Source: a virus
Lineage: Duplodnaviria > Caudoviricetes
Virus record (IMG/VR): IMGVR_UViG_3300035498_000877
Span: 128,001 to 192,000 of that record
Reading direction: 5' to 3' (one strand)
DNA: 64,000 nt
Shown here: one piece after another, positions 1 to 10,095 of the stretch
How the letters are laid out: each line of letters starts with the position of its first letter
Numbering within the stretch: position 1 is the first letter of the stretch
The notes under the pieces: model-generated
Databases searched by the model: none
What the model saw: the letters and a program-made list of their open reading frames with translations, nothing else
Told to the model about the DNA's origin: nothing
Program-made: the position numbers and the translations under genes

Positions 1-1799
1 TCATAAATAACAGAGCATTTATTATCATCCCAAGAAGCATTGACAAAAGCATTATAAGTATTAATATCACTAGTAAGTGCCTTGATGTTAGTTGTTAATT
101 TATCAAGAGCAGCTTGTACTGCTGTAGATATAGGTTTATCCATATCTGAGGTATTATTAACATTGCCCAATCCTAATTGATCAGCTGTAACATTGTGAGG
201 ATTATCAGTATTAGTAACATGATTGTTGAATGTAGATAATGGAACTGCACCAATCTGAGTAGCTGTTGTCCTGTGAGGATTATTGAAATCATTGATATGA
301 TTAAACATATCAATTTTAGCTTCATCAAGTGCAGATATCTTCTCTAATATAGAAGTAATATTATTATTTGTAATCTCAAATTGCCTTGTGACAACTTTCT
401 GGGTTACAAATCCATCTTCATTCTCACCAAGTTCATTATACCATTCAGGTCTATTCTTTATATCTGACCAATCTACCACATTAGCAGGCAATGTTTGACC
501 AGCTAAAGCCATATCATTAAATATATCAATAAGATCTCTCCAAGTAGTATCATAGTTTTCATCAGATATCTTAATAAGTAACTGACCAGATGTACCACCA
601 ACTGGAACACCTTCACCATCTTTTCCATCTACATAATCAACACCTTTAACAGGAGTATATCCATCAGCTCCTTTAATATTAACTGGTGTAGGTGCTTCAT
701 CTACTTCTTTAGATAATGACCATGATAAATTAAAATCTTCATCTACTGAAGGGTACCATACTTTATCACTAACTCCTGATCCACCAATTGCTTCATCGTT
801 TGTTTCTCCAGAGAATAATTTAATAAATCTTCCCTGTACCCAAACATACATTGTTGTTTCAGGATATTTAATTACCATATCACCAGGTGTCATTGATTCA
901 AATCCAACTTCTTGCCATGCTTGTCCGGCCAATTTAACATATATAATACAATCTTGAGTTTCATTCGTCTCATGATCAGTTGCAGGTATTAATGCAAAAT
1001 ATGTTAATGAAGGATCTGAAACATCTGGGAAATTATCACCATATTCAAGAATATAGTTAGGATTCCAATTTCCTGAACTATACTCTACTAATGATGCTTT
1101 ATAAGTTCTATCATTCCATAAGATATTCTTATAGTTAAAGAATGATTCTCTCAAGTTAGCAAATGTATCATCAATCTCTTCTCTTGTGTATGTTCCAACC
1201 TGATGTGCCGTAACATTATGAGGATTATTAAAATCATAAATATGATTTTCGAAATCAGATTGATTTGCTTTATTATTCCATAATCCTCTTTCTTTCTCAG
1301 TAATATGTAATGATGTATTTTGAACATGAGCATTGAAAGAAGATAATGGAGCCATTGAGTTCCATTTACTGCGTTCTGCATCAGTCATATGAATTGATTT
1401 ATCATTTGCATGTGAATTGAATGCAGTTACTGAAATCTTTGTATCTAATGCATCTCCAATAGCTTTCTCGCTAGGTATCTTTTTAGTAGATCTTTGAGAT
1501 GCATCAGAGTTAATTGAATTAATAACTTCAAGAGCACCAATCTGTCCTCTGACTCCAGACCATGTCATTATTTGCCCTGGAATACCAGGATCAATAATAT
1601 CTTGTTTTAAATTTATAAGACGATAAATTGAATCTATCTCATCTTTTAATGTAGCAGAGTCATCGTCTGTAGTTTGATGTACAGCTTCATACACTGTAAT
1701 TGGGTATGAATAGTCATAATCATAGTCAGGGATTGGTTCTTGATCGTTAACTAGCCAAATTCTTGATTGGACTATAGTTCTGTTTCTTAGTTCACCCAT
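1..1799 (-). CDS. Tail fibre / virion appendage protein, 5' part (runs off the window start)
   Basis: Absent from the ORF track because there is no stop in the window. ATG at 1799 follows AAAGGAG. Reads MGELRNRTIVQSRIWLVNDQEP... with NNPHNVTAHQVG and GLGNVNNTSDMDKP fibre motifs and a short collagen-like GADG/DGKDG segment. N-terminus is paralogous to 34251..38414. Confidence 0.8.
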   Translation of the reverse strand, partial: MGELRNRTIVQSRIWLVNDQEPIPDYDYDYSYPITVYEAVHQTTDDDSATLKDEIDSIYRLINLKQDIIDPGIPGQIMTWSGVRGQIGALEVINSINSDASQRSTKKIPSEKAIGDALDTKISVTAFNSHANDKSIHMTDAERSKWNSMAPLSSFNAHVQNTSLHITEKERGLWNNKANQSDFENHIYDFNNPHNVTAHQVGTYTREEIDDTFANLRESFFNYKNILWNDRTYKASLVEYSSGNWNPNYILEYGDNFPDVSDPSLTYFALIPATDHETNETQDCIIYVKLAGQAWQEVGFESMTPGDMVIKYPETTMYVWVQGRFIKLFSGETNDEAIGGSGVSDKVWYPSVDEDFNLSWSLSKEVDEAPTPVNIKGADGYTPVKGVDYVDGKDGEGVPVGGTSGQLLIKISDENYDTTWRDLIDIFNDMALAGQTLPANVVDWSDIKNRPEWYNELGENEDGFVTQKVVTRQFEITNNNITSILEKISALDEAKIDMFNHINDFNNPHRTTATQIGAVPLSTFNNHVTNTDNPHNVTADQLGLGNVNNTSDMDKPISTAVQAALDKLTTNIKALTSDINTYNAFVNASWDDNKCSVIY

Positions 1800-1856
1800 A
1801 ACAATTTTTCACTCCTTTACGTAAAGATAACTTTAAAGTTTTAATAGGAGGTTCAT

Positions 1857-3815
1857 ATGGAAATTAATGTAGGAGATAGAGTCCAAATTAGATCTGGTGC
1901 TGTAGATGTCTCTAATGGTGTAACCGCCAAAGCAGGAAAAATGTATGGCGATGGTGGTCCATTATGGGCTACTATTGAATCAATATCAAGTGGATATAAG
2001 ACTAGCAATAAATATGGTTTACCATCTGTAATTACTAAAGTTAGATGTACAGATGCTACAGGAAATGTTGTAGTATGGCAGGTACAAGATTCTGATGTTG
2101 TAAATGTTATAAGTGCATCAGCTGCAAAAACAACTAATGTATCTGGAACTCCAGCTGCAAGTAGTAACTCAACCACAGTTAATACTGCTAATATGACAAC
2201 TCAAACTAAATCATCTAAATCATATAATACTGTAGAATCTAGAAGTGTATCATCTTTTGTTCCAGATGGTCGTACCGATAGAAATAACTCTGTCAATAGC
2301 AGTAGTGGACGAAACACATTGCGTGGTAGCTGGAACTATGGAACTAATTCATCAACGAAAACAGACGGTATTAATATATCAAATCCAACAGCAGCTGCTA
2401 CTAAAAAAATCACACCATCATCTATAGGTACTATTGAAGATATTGCATATCCAAATGCTGGTGGAACATGGAGAGATTTAACAACTAAAGAAAAAGCTAA
2501 TATAGGAACTAACCATTTACAAGTAGACACATCAGTACTGGATGGATCAAAGCAAAGAACATCTTGGCAGAATCCAGATAAGAAAGCTGAAATGCTTAAT
2601 AATAAACCTGATGAAATTCAAAACTCATCAGGATTCCCATATAAGATATCAGATCCAGCTAGTCAATTAGCAGCTAAATATGATTATAGAATATTACCTG
2701 GTGACTCTAGATATAGTAAGTCAGTTAGTTTGGAAACTAAACTTAGAGAAGCTAGAGCACAATTTGGAATACAAGTTCATGGAAATAATAATATTGGAAA
2801 AGCTGTTACATATTATATGTATAACAGGTATAAACAGCCTGATCCAAATATTGCATTAAGTAAATTAACAACCCATGTATTCTTTACAAGACCTGATTTA
2901 AATATATTGAGATGTAGTGGAGGTCAAGCAATTGATGCAGCAGATCAAGTTAAGAATCATACTGAAGCAGCTATGTTATTTAAGAGAAATCCAGAGATAT
3001 TCAAATTATTAACTGATGGAACTAGATGTGGTGATGGAAATAATTTTAATATGTTATTATCAAATCAAGTCGTTTCATTTCAATTAACTGATGAGCAATT
3101 AAGTACAATAGAATCAAATAAGACATGGAATGATTATTCTATATTTTATGGAGATGCATATAGTGGAAGAACCGGAGGAGAATTTCAATGTACATTCAGT
3201 GAATTATATGATTTATCAATCATCAATATGATAAAATTATGGATTACTTACATTGATAATGTATCTAGAGGTGCTTGGAGCCCTTCATATAATTTATTTG
3301 GATCTGGGGTTTCACATAATTCATTCTATGATAGCCATGTATATATGAAGGAACTAGATTATGCATGTGCTGTAAATGTTTTGAAATGTGGTCCTGAAGG
3401 AGAAGAGATTTATTATTGGACTAAATATTATGGAGTATATCCTATAACTACTGGAGTTAGTGCATTATCATATGATGCAACTCAAGGTATTAGTAATAAT
3501 TCTCAAATACCTATTACTTTCAAATATAGTTTCAAGAAAGATATGTCTCCAATATCATTAATAGAATTTAATGATACTGCAAATCTAGATTCATATGTAT
3601 CTATTGATTCATATAATCCTAAATATAATCAAAGCTATAGACCAATAGTTGGAGTTCCATTTATTGAAATGAGCTTGGGCAGCTCACAAATGAAAAATCA
3701 TGGATATAATACTAACAGGCAGAGTACTAACATCAGACTTAAATTTACAAGTTCAGATAAAGCTGATTCAGCTCTGAGTGATAATGTATTATTTAAAACA
3801 AATTTGCATAAATAA
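1857..3815 (+). CDS. Baseplate / tail-tube-fold virion protein (T4 gp48/gp54-like C-terminal domain) with N-terminal SH3-like domain
   Basis: AGGAGG RBS. FFTRPDLN motif and F.E..D..I...W...DY...Y.G.YP...ITF.Y tail-tube pattern. N-terminal INVGDRVQIRSGA followed by a Ser/Thr linker. Confidence 0.6.
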   Translation: MEINVGDRVQIRSGAVDVSNGVTAKAGKMYGDGGPLWATIESISSGYKTSNKYGLPSVITKVRCTDATGNVVVWQVQDSDVVNVISASAAKTTNVSGTPAASSNSTTVNTANMTTQTKSSKSYNTVESRSVSSFVPDGRTDRNNSVNSSSGRNTLRGSWNYGTNSSTKTDGINISNPTAAATKKITPSSIGTIEDIAYPNAGGTWRDLTTKEKANIGTNHLQVDTSVLDGSKQRTSWQNPDKKAEMLNNKPDEIQNSSGFPYKISDPASQLAAKYDYRILPGDSRYSKSVSLETKLREARAQFGIQVHGNNNIGKAVTYYMYNRYKQPDPNIALSKLTTHVFFTRPDLNILRCSGGQAIDAADQVKNHTEAAMLFKRNPEIFKLLTDGTRCGDGNNFNMLLSNQVVSFQLTDEQLSTIESNKTWNDYSIFYGDAYSGRTGGEFQCTFSELYDLSIINMIKLWITYIDNVSRGAWSPSYNLFGSGVSHNSFYDSHVYMKELDYACAVNVLKCGPEGEEIYYWTKYYGVYPITTGVSALSYDATQGISNNSQIPITFKYSFKKDMSPISLIEFNDTANLDSYVSIDSYNPKYNQSYRPIVGVPFIEMSLGSSQMKNHGYNTNRQSTNIRLKFTSSDKADSALSDNVLFKTNLHK

Positions 3816-3832
3816 GAAAGGAGTAACATAGT

Positions 3833-6595
3833 ATGCTTGAACAAATTGGAGATGAGGATATCGTCGTTCAAAATTATACTAATAACTTTGATATCAAAGA
3901 ATATATACAAGATGAATTAATACCTGCAGCATTTCCTGATATTAGTGTGAGCAAACTAAATCTCGGATTTACTGGTATTATATCAGAATTTATGTCTCAA
4001 GTTATTGAGGATTCACAAGCCACTGCTTCACTTATGATGAATGAATCATTTATAACAAGAGCAGTATTGCAAGATTCCATATATTCGGAAGCATCATTAT
4101 TTGATCTGGGATATAGTTTTGCAGTTCCATCAAGATGTAATTTTGCTGTGCAATTATGGATAGAAGATATTTTAAAATATGCTAAAGCTGTAAAGAATAC
4201 AAGTACAATGCGTTATTGTCTCGATAAAGACACTAAAGTTGTATTAGGAGATAATACATATAAGTTTGATTATGATGTGTATATTGATTTTCAGTATATT
4301 GATGGAAAAAGAGTTTATAATGTCTATTATAATATAGAAGAAACTAATTCAATATCAATTATAACAAATAAATATATTAAGCATCAAGTAACATCAATCG
4401 GATGGTTAGTATTATTCGTAGAACTTCAAGAGTTTGATAGAAAGGTTGAAACAAATTCTATTACTGATAACTTAGTTACAGTAAATAGTGATATATCTCT
4501 TAAGTGGACTAGACAAATAGCTGGTATTGATTTGATTTATATAACTCCTGGCGGAGATAGACAAACAATGACACTTAAGAATATTTATACTAAAGCTCAG
4601 ATAGATCCATTTGCTTGGTATAAATTTAAAACAAATAATGAGATAGTACTTTCATTCTCAAATAATAAAGGATATTTTGCACCTGCATTCAATAGTAAGA
4701 TTGAATCAACTATATATACGTGCAATGGAGCATCTTCTAATTTTGATGAATATGATAATAAATCAGGATTACCAGTACAGAAGACAGGATCAAATTATTC
4801 ATATAATGCAAACACAAAGATGGTTGCATTATGTTATGGAGGTTCTACTGGTGGAGCTGATAAAGGAGATATTGAATTATTAAGAGATGATGTTATATTA
4901 GCTCATAATACAGCAAATGCAATATCTACTGATCATGATTTGGAATTATGGTTTAATAATTATGCTAAGAGATATAATACTAAAGCAGAATTCTTTAAAC
5001 GTAGAGATGATCCAACTGGTAGATTATTTTCACAATTCATATGTATTGTGAATGATTCATATATTTATCCTACCAATACACTATCTATAGATATTTCACA
5101 AAGTGATTGTGATTTTGTAAATACTGATAGTAATGGGATTGCTAATGAGTTTATTATTAAACCTGGGCATCTGTGGGAATATGCTGACAATGGTGATACA
5201 ATAGTTAGAGATAGATTAAGAATGATTACATCTTTAGATGGTGCTGCAATGGTTACTGATGATGCATTACCTCAATTGAACAGTAATAGACAATTTATGT
5301 TTGTTAATCCATTTTATATTAAGATATCAAGATCACCTGCAATATCAGCAATGTATAATTGTCTTATAGATCATACATCATATCCTGAAGATGTACCAGT
5401 AACTTCAGAATCATTTTATCAGTTCCAATTAGCAACATTCAGTATTGAAAGAACAATGTCTAAGAAATACAATAATAAATATAAGATACAAGTAATTTGT
5501 GTACCAGTAATTACTACTGATACTGATATTGATTATGTTGCTGGAATTGGTACTGAAGATTATCCATTATATGAAAATAATCTAAGAATGATTCTTGTTA
5601 CTAGATCTGCATCAGATGGTGAAACAGGATATATTGAAATGGAACCAGTAGAATTTCGTACTGGTAGTTCTATATTATTTGAAACATATATTGCAGTGCA
5701 TGATAATATAGATTCAGATATGATGCTTGAAATAGATATGGATAAAACTACTGGTATTAGATCGCTAATACAATCTGGTACTAGAAAAGGAAAAGTTTAT
5801 ATTGATGCTCAAGAAACATCATTCCATTTTATATGTCTCATCAAAGATTTCGATGGTAAAGCATCTGATCCAATATATAGTGACAGCAGATATAGTGGTT
5901 ATTTAGTAGCTAATAGATTTGCTAATTCACATAGAGATCTTACACTATATAAATCATTATCAATGATGAGATCAAATATTACATTTGCTGGAGATAATGG
6001 AAATTATAATGTTAGAGCTTCACTGATACCAATGTTAAGATATGATATACCACTTGATGATACAAAAATGGCTTATTTTATTAGAGCTTTTAATGATCAA
6101 TATACAGCTATGGAACCTGTAATAAACAAGTTGGATGGTAATTGCTCAATCGATTTTAAACTATATAATACATATGGAAGATCATCTAATTATTATATTG
6201 GGCCATCTGATGATAGTGATAATCTATATGATTCAAATATCTTGCTTGATAATGTATATGTAAATATTAGATTAGTAATATCAGTATATGATAGATCATT
6301 ATATACTCAGACAGTAGCTAATGTTACAAATGATATCATTAGTTATATTAATGATTTAAGTGATAATGATGAAACAGATCTACATGTATCAGATTTAATA
6401 CATGATATTATTGAGAATCAACCTAATGTAAGGTATTTGAGATTCTTAGGGTTTAACGATTATGATGCTAACAAACAATCAATATTTGTAAAGTATGATG
6501 ATATATCTGAACTTGATGAAAATCAGTTACAATGTAGGGTACCTGAATTAATTAGAGTTGATTCTGATAGTATAGAAATAACTGAGGAGACTTAA
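3833..6595 (+). CDS. Baseplate wedge protein (T4 gp6-like)
   Basis: NESFITRAVLQDSIYSEA N-terminal motif, GGSTGGADK...STDHDL central motif, size 920 aa, adjacent to other baseplate genes. Confidence 0.65.
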   Translation: MLEQIGDEDIVVQNYTNNFDIKEYIQDELIPAAFPDISVSKLNLGFTGIISEFMSQVIEDSQATASLMMNESFITRAVLQDSIYSEASLFDLGYSFAVPSRCNFAVQLWIEDILKYAKAVKNTSTMRYCLDKDTKVVLGDNTYKFDYDVYIDFQYIDGKRVYNVYYNIEETNSISIITNKYIKHQVTSIGWLVLFVELQEFDRKVETNSITDNLVTVNSDISLKWTRQIAGIDLIYITPGGDRQTMTLKNIYTKAQIDPFAWYKFKTNNEIVLSFSNNKGYFAPAFNSKIESTIYTCNGASSNFDEYDNKSGLPVQKTGSNYSYNANTKMVALCYGGSTGGADKGDIELLRDDVILAHNTANAISTDHDLELWFNNYAKRYNTKAEFFKRRDDPTGRLFSQFICIVNDSYIYPTNTLSIDISQSDCDFVNTDSNGIANEFIIKPGHLWEYADNGDTIVRDRLRMITSLDGAAMVTDDALPQLNSNRQFMFVNPFYIKISRSPAISAMYNCLIDHTSYPEDVPVTSESFYQFQLATFSIERTMSKKYNNKYKIQVICVPVITTDTDIDYVAGIGTEDYPLYENNLRMILVTRSASDGETGYIEMEPVEFRTGSSILFETYIAVHDNIDSDMMLEIDMDKTTGIRSLIQSGTRKGKVYIDAQETSFHFICLIKDFDGKASDPIYSDSRYSGYLVANRFANSHRDLTLYKSLSMMRSNITFAGDNGNYNVRASLIPMLRYDIPLDDTKMAYFIRAFNDQYTAMEPVINKLDGNCSIDFKLYNTYGRSSNYYIGPSDDSDNLYDSNILLDNVYVNIRLVISVYDRSLYTQTVANVTNDIISYINDLSDNDETDLHVSDLIHDIIENQPNVRYLRFLGFNDYDANKQSIFVKYDDISELDENQLQCRVPELIRVDSDSIEITEET

Positions 6596-6614
6596 TAAAG
6601 GAGGATTGCATAAT

Positions 6615-6809
6615 ATGAACGCAGTAAACTTATCAGAAGTAGATGACTTACAGGAAACAATTGACAATCTAGATTATGGGCAGGAAGTTATATGGGAAGA
6701 TAGAACATATATAATACTTGCTGATTCAAAATCAAATAATATTTATCTTCATCCATGTGGATGTAATCCAGAATTGGAAGATATATCAATATCTGAATTG
6801 ATAAAATAA
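6615..6809 (+). CDS. Small hypothetical protein
   Basis: GGAGG RBS before ATG 6615; ends at a bidirectional terminator. Confidence 0.55.
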   Translation: MNAVNLSEVDDLQETIDNLDYGQEVIWEDRTYIILADSKSNNIYLHPCGCNPELEDISISELIK

Positions 6810-6810
6810 A

Positions 6811-6844
6811 AATAAAGAGAGGGATATTAATCCCTCTCTTTATT
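6811..6844. terminator. Bidirectional rho-independent terminator
   Basis: AATAAAGAGAGGGAT...ATCCCTCTCTTTATT hairpin between convergent genes. Confidence 0.8.
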
Positions 6845-7529
6845 AATGTTTATTATTATATTTATTATTATACTTATTATTGTTATTATTCTTATTTTCT
6901 GCCTTTGTTTCTGATGTTGCATCTTTTGATTCAGCTTCATTAGATTCATTCTCAGTAGTATTTTCGTCAACAGTCGTAGATGTATTAGCGATTGTACTTA
7001 ATGCACTTAATGCTTTATCAACAGCCGCATCTGTTGGAGTTGTATCTGTTTTCTCTTCAACCTTTTCTGGCTGTTGTACTGGAGATACTCCACTCTTATC
7101 AATTGCAATACCGGTAGAATTATTAACTATTGAATTTAATCCAGTACTTTTGGTTTCTGCAGCAATATCTATTACATTTGCAATAGTTGTTTTAGCACTT
7201 TGAGATCCATCTCCAATAGCTGCAACATGTACAGTTGACTCATTTGTTTCAACAGGTGTATTATCAGTAGATACAGGAGTACTTGGAGCAATTACTTCCT
7301 TCTTCTCTGATGGTCTGTAATTCTCATATTTCTTGTATATTGTTGTAAGATTAGTTCTGGTAAGTGGTTTTAACTCACCTGTCTCTGGATTAACATAGTT
7401 AACAGTAAGGCCATTTGTCTGAATGATAGTTGCAATAAGTGTAAGATCAGCATAAAATGGCTCTTTCCTTGGAGCAAGACCATAACCGCGTGGAATCATT
7501 CCTTTACCTAAAACTTGAATTTTTAACAT
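6843..7529 (-). CDS. Hypothetical protein with low-complexity T/E/N-rich C-terminus
   Basis: Likely start ATG 7529 (MLKIQVLGKG) after AAAGGAG; the longer track start overlaps the upstream gene. Confidence 0.7.
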   Translation of the reverse strand: MLKIQVLGKGMIPRGYGLAPRKEPFYADLTLIATIIQTNGLTVNYVNPETGELKPLTRTNLTTIYKKYENYRPSEKKEVIAPSTPVSTDNTPVETNESTVHVAAIGDGSQSAKTTIANVIDIAAETKSTGLNSIVNNSTGIAIDKSGVSPVQQPEKVEEKTDTTPTDAAVDKALSALSTIANTSTTVDENTTENESNEAESKDATSETKAENKNNNNNKYNNKYNNKH

Positions 7530-7560
7530 TGTAATTTCTCCTTTACATAAATAATATTTT

Positions 7561-8286
7561 TTATTCAAATAGTTCAGCTGATGTTTTTGGTAATATATAT
7601 GTGTCACTAACAAGATCACTTTTAATTCCCATCGAAAGTAAATATGTATTTACAGTATTCAATGTTACTTTATTAGTAGGACTATTTTCCAATTCATCCA
7701 ACTGAACATATCCTTTGGTTGCTATAGACTGATTCATTTCACGTTTCATTATAGTATCATCTGATCTAGGACCATGGAATTCTTGTAGAATTTTATCAGC
7801 TCCCAGTGATACTAATAATGATGCTTCGATATCTGAATCTCTAGCATTCTTATCTTTATCTACAACCTGATTAGTCATTGCAGAACGTTTCTCATTTGAT
7901 ACTGAGATACCATTCTTCTTATGTAATAATTGCTGAGTACGTTTTACATTAATATACCCAACAAGACATTTCTCTTTAGAACATACAACATGTTTCTTAT
8001 CCATTGTAAGATGGGGCATATATACATATTCCATTAATGGAATATTTAATACCTTAGCTGCTTTCTCAATATTATTCATATCAAGTCCATGTTCATATTC
8101 TACAATATCAAGTACAAAATTTTCATTATCATCATTTAAGAAATCTTTCATATATTTAGCAAACTCATTATCATTCATTGATCCAAATAATTCTTTGTAT
8201 TTATCTGTATTAGCACCTGATGGATCCAATGCATCAAATGTATCATATATAATCTTTTCTATTTTAGCTCGATTTTCTACAATCAT
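7561..8286 (-). CDS. Split multisubunit RNA polymerase beta subunit, C-terminal fragment (phiKZ/AR9-type, probably virion RNAP)
   Basis: VGYINVKRTQQLLHKK..RSAMTNQV..KNARDSDIEASLLVSLGADKILQEFHGPRSDD parallels the RpoB C-terminal block (Y..KL.H..DK.HARS...QQP...GQR.GEME..AL..YGA...LQE.LT.KSDD). Confidence 0.75.
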   Translation of the reverse strand: MIVENRAKIEKIIYDTFDALDPSGANTDKYKELFGSMNDNEFAKYMKDFLNDDNENFVLDIVEYEHGLDMNNIEKAAKVLNIPLMEYVYMPHLTMDKKHVVCSKEKCLVGYINVKRTQQLLHKKNGISVSNEKRSAMTNQVVDKDKNARDSDIEASLLVSLGADKILQEFHGPRSDDTIMKREMNQSIATKGYVQLDELENSPTNKVTLNTVNTYLLSMGIKSDLVSDTYILPKTSAELFE

Positions 8287-8750
8287 TACGATTCTCCTTT
8301 CACAGAATTTATATTATAAATCATCTGATTTAAATCATTCAATGTTATTCCTATAAGATATTTATCAGAATTATTATAAGAATTATTGAGATAACCAGAA
8401 GGATATGATTCAGTTCCTTCTATATGAATTAATAAAGATGGTTTATTTCTATACATTTGTTTTTTAACTGCTACAGATCCTGAATTAAAATAAACTCCAA
8501 GTGCTTCACATTGTTCACATATCTTAGTAACTAATGTATCCTCATCAAGTTCATCAAAAAAAGAATACAATATTGATTCTATATCTAATCCTATTTGTGG
8601 AATTGAAGGATATTGCCCAGGCTTACTAAAGAGAACATACAAAATAGTATTCTTTACTACTTCTATTTCACTGCGTAATTTAGGCTGCCCAAATTCATTT
8701 AATTCAAAAGTAGTATCATATCCAATTCGTTCGGATTCCAAATCTATCAT
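8286..8750 (-). CDS. Baseplate gp25/GPW-like protein
   Basis: ILYVLFSKPGQYPSIPQIGLDIESILY matches the gp25 pattern (L.T..GE.P..P.FG..l..lLF); 154 aa. Confidence 0.65.
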   Translation of the reverse strand: MIDLESERIGYDTTFELNEFGQPKLRSEIEVVKNTILYVLFSKPGQYPSIPQIGLDIESILYSFFDELDEDTLVTKICEQCEALGVYFNSGSVAVKKQMYRNKPSLLIHIEGTESYPSGYLNNSYNNSDKYLIGITLNDLNQMIYNINSVKGES

Positions 8751-8808
8751 AAATTATCACCTCTCTTAAAGATAATTAATTATAAGAATTGTGATTTAGG
8801 AGAAAAAA

Positions 8809-8833
8809 ATAAGGGAGATTTAATCTCCCTTAT
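8809..8833. terminator. Rho-independent terminator hairpin
   Basis: ATAAGGGAGATT-T-AATCTCCCTTAT. Confidence 0.7.
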
Positions 8834-8836
8834 CCT

Positions 8837-9562
8837 TTATAATGCTACGCTTACTAAGTCATCTGCGATTTCAGCATCAGCAGTATCTACTAGATCTGCA
8901 TCTACATATGTGTCTTCATTAATTTCAATACTATCAACAATATCTAAATCATCATCTGATGACTGATGTTTCTTATTGTAGATGAAGTATCCAGCTGTTG
9001 CTGCAGCTGTAACAACGATTGCTACTGATCCAATTATGATGCATCTCTTCTTGAAGATGTTCTTATGAAGCTGAACACCAATTTCATTTAATTCACAAAT
9101 CAAGTTTGGTGTCATTACACAGTCATCAATAACTGATATAGCATTCCTGGTATCTGCCTTAGCTGCCTTTGTTTTCTTTGCATTAATATCGAATTCTGGA
9201 GACACCTTAGTATCGCCAAGCTTTCTAGCATATGTGCAAAGTATTGAAGATACACTGATAATGTCTGTCAATGTCTCAGCTGATACCGGCTTCTTATTGA
9301 ACTTAATTGTTCCATCTTCTTTTTCAGAAGCGCCTAACAATGCTAATACAACTGGTTTATTGAACTTACTAATCACGCATCTAAGACTCTGCAATGCTGA
9401 TGCTTTGATAGCTGTCATTTCTTCCTTTGTAGAATTCTCTGTGATTTTTGCCAGCTCAATGTCAACTAGATTCAAATCATTTTTAATGGCGTTCAATGTA
9501 GCTGTTAACTGATCCTCTTTGTTATCCTTTGCAAATAATCCTTTTAATAAATTTTTCTTCAT
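8837..9562 (-). CDS. Hypothetical membrane-anchored protein
   Basis: AAGGAGG RBS; one hydrophobic helix (IIIGSVAIVVTAAATAGYFIY) followed by an acidic tail. Confidence 0.75.
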   Translation of the reverse strand: MKKNLLKGLFAKDNKEDQLTATLNAIKNDLNLVDIELAKITENSTKEEMTAIKASALQSLRCVISKFNKPVVLALLGASEKEDGTIKFNKKPVSAETLTDIISVSSILCTYARKLGDTKVSPEFDINAKKTKAAKADTRNAISVIDDCVMTPNLICELNEIGVQLHKNIFKKRCIIIGSVAIVVTAAATAGYFIYNKKHQSSDDDLDIVDSIEINEDTYVDADLVDTADAEIADDLVSVAL

Positions 9563-9622
9563 GATATTATCCTCCTTAAATAATTTTAAATTTTTATTTG
9601 TTTACCATATTCAGTTTTAATT

Positions 9623-10012
9623 TTATATATAAGCATTCAATAGATTGTTTATATATGATTGGAGATCATTATTATGAAACTCCTTGTACTTTTTATCACC
9701 TTTGGTTATAACACCAGAGAATGATGAGTTAGATACCTTGTAAGTTGTACTTATCAAGATATTCTCTTTTGTAAGATTATCATATGCATATATATTGACA
9801 ATTAATTTGCCAAGTCTTTTTTCTTTTGTAAAATATGATATTGCATAATCAAAGTCCTTAGTTTCACCCTTATCATTTGTGAATTTAAATTTAATGATAA
9901 GAGGTATTACCTTTTCATCTTTTATCGTATATAAAGATAAATCAGTAATTTTAAATTTATCACATCCTTTTACAGATGCGATTAAATTGTCTAATGAAAC
10001 TTTCACTGCCAC
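9623..10012 (-). CDS. Hypothetical protein
   Basis: GTG start after AAGGAGGT; putative early promoter at ~10060. Confidence 0.7.
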   Translation of the reverse strand: MAVKVSLDNLIASVKGCDKFKITDLSLYTIKDEKVIPLIIKFKFTNDKGETKDFDYAISYFTKEKRLGKLIVNIYAYDNLTKENILISTTYKVSNSSFSGVITKGDKKYKEFHNNDLQSYINNLLNAYI

Positions 10013-10059
10013 CGATATACACCTCCTTCTTCGGCATATTACTTTCTTTATCTACTATA

Positions 10060-10068
10060 ATAATATAT
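10060..10068 (-). promoter_or_regulatory. Putative phage early promoter motif ATATATTAT
   Basis: Recurrent ATATATT(A/C)T motif upstream of non-structural genes. Here it is preceded by TCGCATAT, as in the copies at 52.0 and 63.9 kb. Confidence 0.5.
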
Positions 10069-10095
10069 CATTATTAGAAGGAGATATGCGATTTA

